A stretch of 64,000 nt of DNA from Rebecca billardiae RCC1528 (lineage: Eukaryota > Protista > Haptophyta). The notes below the pieces were generated by a model, which was given only the letters and a program-made list of their open reading frames with translations, made no database searches and had not been told where the DNA came from. The stretch's first letter is position 1; each line of letters starts with the position of its first letter. Positions 32,299-44,655 of this stretch are shown here, piece after piece. The DNA lies in NCBI GenBank assembly GCA_965240325.2, contig OZ251229.1, forward strand, positions 806,001 through 870,000, in the 5' to 3' direction. Position numbers and translations under genes: made by a program.

Positions 32299-34694
32299 AT
32301 GGCTGCGTTCGCGGCAGCGGTCGGGCGCCTGCGCGCCGCGGTGGATGCGGCCGTGGGCGGGGCGGGGGACGCCTCGGCGGCGGCCGATGAGATCGCTCGC
32401 GCGATCACGACCGACCCGGACAAGGATGCGCTCACGCAAGCCACGCGCGCGTCGCTCGAGCCCGCCATGGAGGGCGCGCTCGGTGCGCTCGAGGCGCGCG
32501 CCGCCGCGACGCTCGACGTCACGCTCGAGCTCGTGGCGCGCGACCTGGCGGACCCGCGGCTGCCGCTGACGCTCGTGGAGGACATGCTCGAGTCGCGCGT
32601 GACGAGCGAGTGCGAGACCCTCTTCATGCTGCTCGAGGCTCGGCGCAGCGCGCTGCTGACCGTGGTCGGCGGCTCGACCAACGCCAAGCTCGTCTTCCTG
32701 CGCGCGTGCAACGAGCTGCTCCGCCGGCTGTCGAAGACGAAGAACACCAACTTCTGCGGGCGGATCCTGATGCTGATGGCCTACCTCCTGCCGCTCTCGG
32801 AGCGCTCAGGCGTCAACGTCAAGGGCGCCGTCAACGTGAACCCTCTCGAGCTCGACGAGACGGCAGAGCCGAGCGATGCAGCCGCCGAGACCGACGGCAC
32901 CGGAGCGCCGGCGTCGGCGGGTGGCGCGCCGTCGCTGGGCGCGCCAGCCGACGGCGAGTTCTACCGCACGTTCTGGGGCGTGCAGGCCGCCTTCCAGCAG
33001 CCCGCGCTCGCGCTCGCCGACGCGGACGCGTGGGCGGCCACCTGCCGCCGGCTGCAGACCATCCTGGGCGCCTTCCAAGCGAGCTCGACGCGCGACGCGC
33101 CCGACACGCGCGTGGCGGGGCGCGGCGGGGCGGGCGGCGAGGCGGAGGCGTTCCGGCGCGCGGGGGACCTCGCGCGGGAGATCGACGTGGTCGCCGCGCG
33201 CGTGGCCGAGGAGGCGCGCGCGCAGGCGGCCGCCGCCGCCGCCGCCTCATCCACGCCCGCCGCCGCCGGCTCGGCCAGCGGCGGCGCCCAGCCCAAGCGC
33301 TATTCCTCCGAAGTCTACTTCTCCAAGTTCCTCACGTCGGCGCGGCTGATCGGGCTGCAGGTGCGCGACTCGTACTTCCGGAGGCACATCCTCGCGCAGG
33401 TGCGCGGCGCGCCGCGCGCCCCGCCCCCGCGCGCGCGCCACGCCCCGCAGCACCGCCGGCGGGCACGACCGCGTCCCGCGCTGCGCCGCGCGACGCTCAC
33501 GCGGCGGCGCGCGCTGCCCGCGCCCGCCCGCCCGCCCGGACAGGTGTGCGCGTTCTGCCAGACGGTGTGCGTCTCCTCGACGAAGGCGGCGCCTATGGCA
33601 TCGGTCGAGCAGCAGGCAGACGCGCGCAAGATCGCGAGCGACGCCTCGAGCCTCCTGGCCGCCACCGGTGTGCGCGCGCCCCTCGTCCGGCTGTCGACTC
33701 GGCGCGCGCTCTCCGGCGGGCGGCGTCACGCTGGCTGCCCGCGCTCAGCGGCGCGCTCACTCCGCGCGACGCCCCCACCCCCTCCTCCCCCCCCCGCGCG
33801 CGCGCTCACTCGCGCAGGACCGTGCGCCCCGCGCTTCGCCGAGACCGTCGCCTCGCTGCTCCGCAGCGAGGAGCACTGGGTGGCCTGGAAGCGCGACGGC
33901 TGCCCCGTGTTCGAGCGAAAGCGCGCGGCAGACCTGCCGCCAGCCGCGCCCGCGGTCGACGCGTCACGCAAGCGCGCGAGCTTCGCGCAGGAGGAGGGCA
34001 AGGCGGCCGAGAAGCGGCGGCGCGTGCAGCTGGGCTCGGTCGAGCTCACGCGCTTGTGGAACCTCGGCGGCGACTCGCTCGAGGAGCTCGCGAAGCAGGC
34101 GGAGCGCTCGAGGTGCGTGCCATGCGCGCCAGCGCCCGCGCGCGCGCTCGCCCTGGCAAGCGGCTGAGGCCCCTCGCGCGCCGCCGCGCGGCTCGCGCCC
34201 GAGCGCGCACGAGCGCGGCTTCACCCCCTGGCGCGCGCCCCGCCCTGCGCCCCGCGGCGCGGCGCAGCGTGCCGACGCTCGAGGCGTACCTCGCCCCCGT
34301 CCTGCAGCAGATGGACCCGTCCGAGGGCATCGAGGCGGCGTTCAAGAAGTGCAACGACAAGGCGTATGCGTGGAAGGCGCTGCGCCTGATGCACAGAACC
34401 GACCTGCAGCTGGACGACAAGTACGTGCGCGGCGGGCTCGAGGCGGTGGCCGCGGCCGTCGCGGGGATCGAGCCGAAGCCCGAGGCGCAGGCGCCGGCCG
34501 CCGACGCTGCGGCCGCGCCGGCTGCCGCGCCGGCCGCGCCGGAGGGCTCGGCGCCACAAGACGACGGTGGCGCGGACTCGGTGGAAGCCCCCGCGGGCGC
34601 CGCGACCAACGCTGCGTCTGGCGCTCCCGCCGGCGAGGAGGCTTCCGAGGACGAGCCGATGGAGGTGGATGGCGCCGGCGATGCCACTGCCTAG
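32299..34694 (+). CDS. THOC1: THO complex subunit 1 (Hpr1); introns 33400-33543, 33668-33817, 34113-34267
   Basis: LRACNELLRRLSKTKNTNFCGRILMLMAYLLPLSERSGVNVKG, FYRTFW, YFSKFLTS, EEHWVAWKRDGCP, LGSVELTRLWN, WKALRL. Confidence 0.93.
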
Positions 34695-35481
34695 CATCGC
34701 GCGCGCGTGAGTGAGCTTCGCCTGTGAAACTGTGGCGATCCTGCCGTGGGATCTTACTGCTAGCAGCTGACTTCTTACTGCTGCGTCTGCTGACACTATA
34801 CTCATACTCATTCTATGATTTAACGACACTGCTGCTGCTACTTCTTTTATATCTTATTGCCCGCGACCGCGTGACTACCGCGAATTAAAATCTTGCATGC
34901 CCTTGTAACGGTCAGCCGTACTCACTTGTCTCACTTGAGCGGACCGGCCTGCCGCCCGCCGGAGTCCGGGCCCACGAGTTAGAGTAGCAGTAGCTAGTAG
35001 CTTTGAGTCGTAGTCGTGAAGCTGTAGTAATAACAATTTAATATATACCGCCGGCAGTGTTGACAGACACCTGCCCTCCGTCTCCGATGAGACGCCGGTT
35101 ACGGTAGTCTTTCTTGATGAGAATGAGTATCAGTACTACGACGGCAGACAGACGGCTACTGTACGTGACGAGTACGTCCGTAGATCGGCGGAGCCTGCTA
35201 CAGTACGGAGAGTGCTCAACACGGTACGACCGAGCTCAGATATATTAATTATATTTATATATAATATTATTATATTTATACTCGATACTACTGCTGCTTT
35301 GCTGCGCTGATCAATATCGCGTCGTTCAATTAAAATATACATCACAGCGCGCCATCCATATATATACGCCCTTATCGGGTACGGCTGATGAATGATGCTG
35401 GTGGGCGATGCCGGCGCTGGCGCCAGTAGCGGCGGTGCCAGACACTAGACAGCTAGTGGCGCTGCGTCATGATCGATGAAC

Positions 35482-37617
35482 TCAAATGAAATCTGCAAAG
35501 GTTGCGCCGCCGTTGAGTGAAGCTGCTGAGCTCGACGCAGGGGCTTTCGCCAACATGTCGAGACTGCCGATAGCCCCAACGTGCGCACCTGCACCCGTGG
35601 GCGCGTTTGGCATCTGCGCCGCCTGCTGGAAGTCCGCAAAGTCGTCGCCTAGCAGCGACGCATGCCCAGCCGCACTTGGTTGCAGCGCGTCGTCAGCGGG
35701 CGCTTCTGCTGCCCGGGGGGAGTCCAGCATGCCGAGAAGGTCGGCCGTCGCGCCGCTGCCATTCCCATGCGCACGCGCCACCTGCCCGTCGAGAGCCTCC
35801 ATGCCCGCGGCGCCCATGGCCGCATCCGTCCCAGCGGTCTCGAAGTCCCCGAAGCTGTCGTGCGTGTCGTGCCGTTGGCCCGGCCCACTGCTCCCACCCC
35901 CGGCACCGGGCGCTGGCAGTGGGGGCACAGACATCGGGTCGGCGGTCAGCTCCGCGAAGCTGCCGTGTGATTCGGAGCCCATACAGCCCGGCCCCTGCAC
36001 CGCGTTGCCCGAGGGAGGTGGCGCGTGTGCCCCGAGAAGATCAGAGGGAGATTGGTGCGCTCCGCCTGCGCTCGCCGAGCCGCTTTGGCCCTGCGCGCGG
36101 CCGCCCGCCGCTGTCGACGCCACTGCACCGGTAGCAGCGCCCATGCTCGGAGGCAGCGCAGCGCCAAAGTCAGGCGTCGCGCCCTCGCCGAACGCATCCC
36201 TGCGTGACGCGCGCACGGCGTGGCGAGGCACAGCACACGGGTCGGCACACGCCGCGTCAGGCGGTGGGAGCGCGCCCGTCCACTGCGGCCAGGAGCAAGT
36301 CGTGGCGAGAGCAGGCGGGGCGCGCGGAGCGGGTCGGGACAGGCCGGGCGCGGCGCGCCGCACCATCCAAATTCAGCGGAGGCACCGGCAGCCCCGCTTC
36401 CCCGCCCGGCGCCATTTTCGGCCATGAGCACCGGTGAAGCGACTGCATAGTGCGCGCCGCGGTCCGGGCGCGCAGGCACAGCGGGTGCGCGTGGAGGACC
36501 GCATGAGTCGGGCACTCGGTGCGCGCGCGTGCTGGAGGGTCTCGACGCGCACGGCGCACGGCGCTCGGGTCGAGTGGCAGGAGCACGTGCGCGCGGGCGC
36601 ACCTGGCTGCTGCACCACGTCTGCCTGCGTGATCTCGTCGTCGAGCACCTCCGCGCGCCGCTGCGCCACTCGCGCAATCAGCTGCGTCACCGCCGGCCGC
36701 TGGCTGGGGTCGGGCACGAGAGCGTACGTGATCAGGTCGTGCACCGCGCGCGAGTACGGCGAGGAGGGCGGGAAGCTGACGCTGGCGTTGACGATCTGCA
36801 GCTCCGTCCCCGCGTCGAACGGGTGGCGGTGGAACGCCAGCGTGTACAGGATGCAGCCCAGCGACCACACGTCCACCTTCTCGGAGATCTCGTGGCCGCG
36901 GTACAGGTCGACCATCTCGGGCGCGCGGTACATCAGCGTGGAGAAGCGCTGGATGAGCTCCTCCTCGCGCAGGCGCTCGGCGCGCGAGTCGGGGCGGACC
37001 CGCCGCGTCGTCGCTGAGCCGAAGTCGCACAGCTTGTACAGCCCGGCCGCGTTGCACAGCACGTTCTCCAGCTTGAGGTCGCGGTGCGCGATGGGCGGCT
37101 CCTGCGCGTGCAGGTGCGCGACCGCCTTGCACACGGAGTGGAAGATCGACAGCAGCTTCGCCTCGGGGATGGGCGGCATGCCCGGCATGACCAGCTCGAT
37201 GAGACTCCCGCCAGGGCAGTACTCGAGCACCATGTACATCTCCAGAACACCACGGCCCTTCTCCTCGACCGTGCTGCCATAGAAGCGCACGATGTGCGGG
37301 TGCGGGGGCAGCGTCTCGAGCAGCCGGATCTCGGTGCGCCCAACCTCGACGGTGTCGGGCTCCTGAGCGATCACCTTCTTCACGGCGAACATGCGCCCCT
37401 GCTCGGCGCCAGGAGTCACCTCGCGTGCCGTGTACACGAACGAGTACCCGCCCTCCGCCACGAGCGATGTCGTCATCACCTTGAGCTCGCCAAAGTCGAG
37501 CAGCTGGGGGCGAAAGGAGAGCATCTCGGCGCCTGCCTTGATGCCCTCGATGAGCTTCGCGCCCTTTGAGGTGAGCATGGAGCCCAAGTTGCTCAGCTTG
37601 TCCAGGTGCTGATCCAT
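35482..37617 (-). CDS. NAK-family (AAK1/GAK/BMP2K-like) Ser/Thr kinase; introns 36602-36443 and 36363-36200
   Basis: VAEGGYSFVY, PPIAHRDLKLENVL, KLCDFGSAT, IQRFSTLMYRAPEMVDLY, EKVDVWSLGC; disordered tail with WDAF, FGDF and FADF motifs. Confidence 0.92.
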
Positions 37618-37830
37618 CGCCGCGGGGATGTTGGGCGCGATGGCCAACGCCACCACGCTTGTTCCGATGCGCTCTGGAACTCCGTGCGTCCGGCGCCCGT
37701 TTTCAATTTTTCCGGGCCCAAAGCGAAGTCTCCGGCAATGTCCGCCAAGCTTGCCCGGCTGTCAAGACCGCCCTGAGCTCCCGAGCGTCTTCACGTCGCC
37801 GCCCGGCACGCTTGCTCCTGCCGAGCAGGC

Positions 37831-38751
37831 ATGGCGCCAGAAGCACTCGCCGCTGATGTCGATCTCACGCACGGCTGGTTTGGTGGCTTCCGCGACTCGC
37901 GCGTCGAGCGTGACTTTGCGGAGTGGCAGGCACTGCGCGAAGCAAACACGCGATTGTGGGTCGGCATGATGTGCGGCTGTGCCGGCTTCGTGTACGAGCT
38001 CACGGGGACGGGCGCTGCGTTCTGGGAGGGCCGTTTCTGGATCGGCTTCCTGCCAGCCGTCGCACACTTCGTCAACGGCGTCGTATACCTGCTGGTCTTC
38101 GTGCTCAAGCTGCCGTGGCGCGTGCACTGGCTCGCGTCTGTCAGCACGCTCGTCGTCAGCGCGCTCGTGTTCGCACCGAGTGTACGCTTCCACACAGATC
38201 GCCTCTTGCGCGAGAACGGCTGCGAAATTGGCTCGCCGGTTTGCCTCCAGGGCGAGTGGGTCGAGGCCCCACATGGCAGCGACAGTGATCGCGGCATGCG
38301 CGCGATGCTCGGCTCGCTGGTGGCGGACGTGGAGACGACGCGCGCGGCACTCTCGCACGCGACCATCTTTGCGGCCTCTGCGCTCTTCACGCCACCCGAC
38401 TCGCGGACGTACACGGCGCTCATTGCCGTGATCGTCGCGGCGGTGAGTGACGCGTACGGCACCTCGCCGATCTCCGACCCGTACATGCTGGTCATCACTG
38501 CGACAGAGGTGCTGCTTGCTGTCGGCATGGCGTGGGGCGCTGGCCTCCTGCGTACACGAACGAGCCGCGAGCTCTACGCCGCTCGGGCGCAGCTCGCCCG
38601 GGTGATGCCGAACGACAGCACAGGGCGCGTGACTGGCGAATGCGATGGCAAGGACGGCAGTGCCCAAGTGGGAACGCGCTGCTTGTCGGCCTCGGCAGAT
38701 GATGACTACGCGGCAGTACTGGCACCGCTGCTGCCGTCTCGTCGATCATAG
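37831..38751 (+). CDS. Hypothetical multi-pass membrane protein
   Basis: 306-aa ATG ORF with several hydrophobic segments, head-to-head with the kinase. Confidence 0.6.
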   Translation: MAPEALAADVDLTHGWFGGFRDSRVERDFAEWQALREANTRLWVGMMCGCAGFVYELTGTGAAFWEGRFWIGFLPAVAHFVNGVVYLLVFVLKLPWRVHWLASVSTLVVSALVFAPSVRFHTDRLLRENGCEIGSPVCLQGEWVEAPHGSDSDRGMRAMLGSLVADVETTRAALSHATIFAASALFTPPDSRTYTALIAVIVAAVSDAYGTSPISDPYMLVITATEVLLAVGMAWGAGLLRTRTSRELYAARAQLARVMPNDSTGRVTGECDGKDGSAQVGTRCLSASADDDYAAVLAPLLPSRRS

Positions 38752-39112
38752 TCGGATTTGTGACGACGACTGTCGTGAACTGTCGTCAGTGTCAGACAGT
38801 GACCTGACGATGAGTGATGGTGCGCGTGTCCTAAGGCTGCACGTATAGAGACTATATTGCTGGCCCATTATCATCAGGCACGACTACGCATTATATCATC
38901 AACGCGTCTGAGGCGCGCGAAGACTTCATTATGTTCTGAAATGTTGTGATGATGAGTATTGTATTGTCATGTAGTCGTACTCGTCGTCGTCTGCTGTCAA
39001 CGTGAACGTGCCACGTCTGCCGCCGAGGCTAGGACCTCCTACGCCGGGCCCATATGAGCGAACGCCAGCATCCTCCGATGACACTTGATGGGGGCATGGG
39101 GCGGGATGCAAG

Positions 39113-40914
39113 CTAGCGCTCCGCGCACGGCGCGCACGACGCGATGGCCTTGTCGACGGCACCAAAGTTCTTGAAGAACTCCGCCATGAGCGCGTAGCAG
39201 TGCGTCAGGTCGTCCACGCCCATCATCTCGCGCACCGAGTGCATGCTCAGCTGCGGCATGCCGATGTCGCACGCGCGCACGCCGAGCGCACTCGAGAGGA
39301 TCGGCCCAATCGTCGAGCCGCACGGGCAGTCGTTCTTCACCACAAACTCCTGCACGGGCGTGCCCGCGCGCCTGCCGAGCTCGCGCACAATGTACGACGT
39401 CACGCTGTCGGTGGCGTAGCGGCTGCGGCGGCGCGCGCGGCCGGCGCGCGGCGCGAGGCTCGTGTGAGGCCAGCCCGCGGCACTCGTGCAACGCGCCGGG
39501 TGCGGTGGCGCCGTGCCCGATAGCTCGAGGCTCGCGAGGCTCGCGCGCGCGCGCTCGCGCGCGCGCACAGGTTGGAGTTGGACTTGATCACACAGCCGCC
39601 GCCCATCAGCGGCCTGTGCGAGCCCTCGTGCTTGGTCTGCGGGGCGCGGGGCGGTCGACGGCGCGCGGAGGGTCGGGCTCAGCCGTCGGCACGGCGGCGG
39701 AAGCAGGCGGCGGGGCCATGAGCGCGGCTGGCCCCTGGCGAGGCTGGGACACGCACGCGCACGTGCTCACTGCAGCTCACCCGGTAGTTGGGATGCACCG
39801 CGTGCGCGTTGTCCACCGAGAGGAGGAACGACTTGCGCAGGCCGATGGCGTGCGGCTCCGAGCCAGTCGGCGCGCCGAGCGCGTCCGAGACGCGCGTGAG
39901 CATCTCCTTCATCACCGGCCCGCCCGCGCCCTGCTGCGAGCTCGAGCCCACCTCCTCGTGGTCGAAGAGAGCGATGCACGCCACGTCGGACTCGGCCGCG
40001 CGCGTGCACACCTCGTCGGCAGAGTCGATCAGCGCCTCGAGCGCGACAAAGGATGACGCGAGGTTGTCCAGCCGACCGCCGAGCACGAACTCGGAGTGCG
40101 TCCCGCCGATCGCGGGCGGCTGCGTGTCGAAGAGGGTGAGGTCGAACGAGACGATCGCCTCCAGGCCCACGCCCATCCGCTCCGCCAGCAGCCGCATCAG
40201 CTCCGGCTCCTGCGCCGCCGCGTACGCACCGGCGTCGGGGGCTGCGCCCTCGAGCTGGCGGCGGGCGGCGACGCACAGGACGGGCGCGAGGTGGGACTCC
40301 TTGTTCGGTGCGAATGACGCGCGCTCCTCGGCAGTCTGCAGGTGGATGCACAGCGACGGCACGCGCAGCACGGGCTCATGCACGGCCACGAGCCTCTTGC
40401 TCACCGCACCGTCGGCGCCGCGCGTGAGCACCATGCCGCCGATGCCGAGGTCGCGGTCGAACCACGTGTGCCACAGCCCACCGCCATACGTCGCCACGGA
40501 GACCTGCGTCAAGCCCTCCGCGGCGCCCGATCCGTGCTTGGTCAGTGGCTTGGCCTTGAGTGCGGGCGAGTCGGTGTGCGCGCCCACCACCTTGAACGCG
40601 CCACCCGGCTTGTAGCCGCCGCCGACGGCGAACGCGACCAGCGTCGAGTCACAGCGCGTGTAGTAGTACTTCCCGCCCGGCTTGAGCACGCCCGTCCAAG
40701 GCGAATCCTCCTCCAGACGGACGAAGCCGGCGGTCTCGAGCATCGACGCCCCAAGCGAGACGGCGTGGAATGGCGTGACCGCCGCAGTGAGGAAGTGCAC
40801 GAAGCGACGCGCGCGGTCGAGCTCAGTGCCGCCGGCCCCGTTTCGCGCCGCTTTGGGCGCTGCTTTGGCCGCCGAGGAGGCGTCAGCCAGCTCCGCGCCC
40901 TTGCGCTTCGTCAT
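39113..40914 (-). CDS. DNPEP: Aspartyl aminopeptidase (peptidase M18); introns 39780-39637 and 39568-39423
   Basis: GAHTDSP, TYGGGLWHTWFDRDL, RLDNL, FDHEEVGS, AHAVHPNY|TKHEGSHRP, SN.RYAT, PCGSTIGP, QLSMHSVRE. Confidence 0.96.
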
Positions 40915-41093
40915 CGCCGGGCGCCGATCGGGAGATGAACGCTCGGCGGTCGCTCCAGTCGACAACGCGGGCGGCGCGGCCCGCGCGACGAAAATGCTCG
41001 TCGGCCAAAATGTTTTAAATGGCCTGATGAGTCGTGATGACAATTTAACGTCAATTTTCCGCGCGGGTCGGCCGTTTGTCGCGCCACGACACG

Positions 41094-42319
41094 ATGGCGA
41101 TTCGCACGGGGCGGATACAACCCATGGCAGCGGCCTCGCGAACTTTTCACCTGTGGTACAGGCAGCACAGCGGTCTGGGAACGCACCATCGGCTCCGTGA
41201 AGGCTATTCCAAATCGGGAGCCGACGGCGACTCGCAGCTTGACTTGCACGAGATCGATGTAGACCTCTTCATCGCGTGGAGCAGGAACATGTGGGTGCCG
41301 CCCGGCGGGCGAGGCGTGTTCGGCGGACAGGTCGTGGGGCAGGCACTGCGCGCGGCAGAGCTCACGGTCACGCCCGAACGCGTCTGCCACAGCTTCCATT
41401 CCTACTTCATCCTGCGCGGAGATCCGACGCGTGACATTGTCTACAGGGTGGAGCGCGTCTCAGACAGGTGCGCGCCGTGCGCTGTCGTCGCTCTCGCCAG
41501 GGACCTCGCTTCGTGGCTTGTTTTTCATACCGCTGCTCCCGTTCCGCGCGCACGCGGCCTGTCACGCCGCACAGGCGCTCATTCGCCACACGTGCGGTCG
41601 ATGCGGTGCAGAACGGCCAGATCATCTTCAAGGCACTCGTCTCGTTCAATTCTGACGCGATGGGCGGTGGGTCCACGCGGCGCTTCGGCGAGCCGCAGCC
41701 CTTCGCGCACGGCCCGCCCATGCCGGACGTGCCCCCTCCGGAGTCGCTAGCCTCCCACGTGGAGCTGATCTCGGAGCTCCTGCCAAAGCTCCCGCGCGGC
41801 GCGCGCAACATCCTTGGTCGCCTCCTGACTATGCCGGTGGAGCTGAGGCCAGTGGACCCGCCCAACCTCTTGGACCCGAGCCCACCGCGCAAGCCGGCGC
41901 ACCAGCACGTGTGGGTGCGCACGACGCAGCCGCTCGGCGGCGAGCGCTCCGCCCACCACGCGTGTGCCGCGTACATGTCAGACCACCAGCTGCTGGCCAC
42001 CGCGCTGCTGCCACATGGCGTCAACTTCCCCTCGCCGCGGATGGGGCGGGTCGCATCCCTGGACCACACGATGTGGTTCCACAGCGACTCGTTCCGCGCG
42101 GATGAGTGGCTGCTCTACTCTATGGCCTCGCCCTGGAGCGGCCACGGCCGCGGCCTCGCCTTCGGCTACCTGTACGACCGCCAGACGTCGCAGCTTGTAG
42201 TCACGTGCGCGCAGGAGGGCATCATCAGGCGTGCGCGCCCGAGCATGCGCAGCTGGCTGGCCCAGGCGAGCCTGTGGAGCAATTTCCACACACATCGGCT
42301 GCTGAGTCGCTATCGATGA
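41094..42319 (+). CDS. ACOT8: Acyl-CoA thioesterase II (TesB/ACOT8 family); intron 41468-41574; alternative start 41124
   Basis: GVFGGQVVGQAL, HSFHSYF, RSFATRAV, AYMSD, ASLDHTMWFH, DEWLLY, CAQEGIIR; N-terminal extension may be a targeting peptide. Confidence 0.93.
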
Positions 42320-42878
42320 CTCTGCCAGCAGCTGCCAGGATGATGAGCACACTCGCCCGCCGCGGCCCGCCCGGCGCGTGCCGGTCGACCGGAGCCGGAA
42401 GCGGGACGGCCTGACCGCGCCGCCGGGCTGGCACGTGTCTGCGGCCGACGCCGCGATGGCGCGCGGCGCGCGGCCGCCCCGCGCGCACACGACGCGCGCG
42501 CCTGCCGCCGCCACGGGCCGTGCTGCGGCCTGATGCGGCGGCCTGCCGCCGCGCGCGGGCCGTCTGCAGCCTGTAAAGGGGCTGTAAAGTAGTGTATAAC
42601 ACTGCTGATGCGGCGGAGTCGCACGCCATCGTCATATCCAAAGGTGCACGCGTGATGGGATCAGACGGTCGTTATACTGATGACGACGTGACACGTGTAC
42701 TCGTCAAGTCGTCATGTCACATCAACGACTGCGCAGCGCGCGCGATCGACGATATACGTAGTCTATATCGTCGTCTAGCAGACTCTATACTACGCGACAT
42801 CGTTCATCATGGCGCGCAGGCAGGCTGCCCAAAGCCTCGCGCGTACTCCGATGACCTCAGAACCCACATCGTCATCAA

Positions 42879-44546
42879 TTACAGCTCGTCCTTGTGGTGC
42901 TCCGGGTGGACCGGCAGGCGGTTCCACGGCGCAAACGTGAGCCAGTGCAGGGCTGAGAGCCGCGCAATCTCGGCATCCTCCAGCTGCCACGAGAAGACGT
43001 CCGCGTTCTCGACAATGTGCTCGTGCTTCTCGGAGCGGGTGAGCACCGACACGCCGCTCTGCAACGCCCATTTGATCAGGACCTGCGCCGGCGAGCGGCC
43101 GTGCGCCGAGGCGATGTCGATCACGTGCAAGTCGTCCAGGGGGCTGGCAAGCGCAGGCCACGCGTTGATGGTGCAGTAGCCGGTGAGCTTGATCTCACGC
43201 GCGTCCAGCTCGGCAAGGACGTCATCACCGGCGTAGTTGAAGGATGAGCCCGGCCGGTACACCGAGAACTTGTTCTGCACCACAGCCGGCATCTGCACCG
43301 CGTAGGCGAGCAGCGCATCGATGTCGCGCGGCATGAAGTTGCTCACGCCGAGGGCGCGGATCTTGCCCTCGGCCTGCGCCTGCTCGAGCGCGCCCCACGT
43401 CTGCTGCATGCGCACCGGGTCGGGGTGGGCGCCGTGCAGCATGTACAGGTCGATGTACGTCGTGTTGAGCCGGCGCATCGACCCCTCCAGCGCCGCGACC
43501 GCCTCCGCCCCGCCGAACGACGACTGGTGTGACAGCTTGGTCGCCAGGAACACCTGCTCACGCGGCACGCCCGAATCGCGGAGCGCGGCCGCGACCTGCT
43601 CCTCGTTGGCGTAGTTCTCGGAGGTGTCGATGTGGCGGTAGCCGAGCTCGAGCGCCTGCTTGACGGCGCCGTAGCACGCCGTACCCGTCAGCGTCCACGT
43701 GCCAAAGCCGAGCGCGGGCATGTGCACGCCGTTCGAGAGCTCCAGCGTTGCGGTCGCAGCATCGACCGCGACGGGCGGCTGCGATGGAGGCTGGCGTGGC
43801 GGGGGCAGGCTCGGCGGGCCCCGTGGAGGCGAGCTGGGTGGCGAGGGCGGAGGAGGAGGCTGGCCCGGCGGTGGACTGGGCGGCGGGCTCGGTGGCGGGC
43901 TGGGCGGGGCGCCTGGAGGCACGGGCGGCGTCGACGGCGGCGCATCACCTGGCGGCGGCGGGCTCGGCGGTGGTGGGCTGGGCGGCGGCGGGCTGGGAGG
44001 CGGCGGGCTCGGTGGTGGCGGTGATTGAGGAGGCGTCGGCGGGGACGGCGGCGCACTGGGTGGCGGTGCGACGATCGCCACCACTGCCGCATCGGCGTTG
44101 TCGGCCATGCCCGGGAGGAGATCCATCAGGTTGGGCGGCGCCGTGAGGAGCACGGCTTCTGACGAGTCGAGCGTGGCGTCCAGGTCCTGCTTGGCGAGTG
44201 CGCGTGCGAGCTTGGCGTTGCGGACGGCGAGCAGCGCGGCCTCTGCAAAGTTCTGGTTGTCCTGCGCCGACGAGGTGCACGCGTTGCACGCAGCGCGGCA
44301 CGCGCTGTTCATGAAGACCGGGTTGTTTGTGCACTCGCCCATGGCGGCCCACGACGCACAGTCTGTGTACGTGTCCATGCAGAAATTTGTCACGTGCTGG
44401 CGCAGCTTGGAGGCCGCCGCTTGCGCGGCGCGTGCGGCGTCCCATGCCGGTACGTGCTCGAGAAGGGCCGCCGGCGGCACGGAGGCGTTGACCAGGGCCA
44501 GCACGGCGGCGAGGACGCCAAGCGCGCGACGGGCGGTGGCCGCCAT
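42879..44546 (-). CDS. Secretory-pathway aldo-keto reductase: signal peptide, ShK domain, Pro-rich linker, AKR domain, KDEL
   Basis: Signal ALGVLAAVLALVNA; ShK CMDTYTDCASWAAMGECTNNPVFMNSACRAACNAC; AKR MPALGFGTW, HIDTSENY, LATK, YMLH, GVSNF; C-terminal KDEL. Confidence 0.92.
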   Translation of the reverse strand: MAATARRALGVLAAVLALVNASVPPAALLEHVPAWDAARAAQAAASKLRQHVTNFCMDTYTDCASWAAMGECTNNPVFMNSACRAACNACTSSAQDNQNFAEAALLAVRNAKLARALAKQDLDATLDSSEAVLLTAPPNLMDLLPGMADNADAAVVAIVAPPPSAPPSPPTPPQSPPPPSPPPPSPPPPSPPPPSPPPPGDAPPSTPPVPPGAPPSPPPSPPPSPPPGQPPPPPSPPSSPPRGPPSLPPPRQPPSQPPVAVDAATATLELSNGVHMPALGFGTWTLTGTACYGAVKQALELGYRHIDTSENYANEEQVAAALRDSGVPREQVFLATKLSHQSSFGGAEAVAALEGSMRRLNTTYIDLYMLHGAHPDPVRMQQTWGALEQAQAEGKIRALGVSNFMPRDIDALLAYAVQMPAVVQNKFSVYRPGSSFNYAGDDVLAELDAREIKLTGYCTINAWPALASPLDDLHVIDIASAHGRSPAQVLIKWALQSGVSVLTRSEKHEHIVENADVFSWQLEDAEIARLSALHWLTFAPWNRLPVHPEHHKDEL

Positions 44547-44655
44547 TTTTTCCCACCTATTTACCCCCATTGTCATATTGATGCGCGTCTCCAACTCGTC
44601 ACTGCGTGCTGCTGAACAGAATGAACAACTTTCCGGATTGTATGATGGGGGGGAC

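Noticed and set aside
37831-38751. Adenylyl-cyclase-like membrane cassette (FRDSRVERDF motif)
   Set aside because: The similarity is a single short motif and no catalytic domain follows; left as hypothetical.
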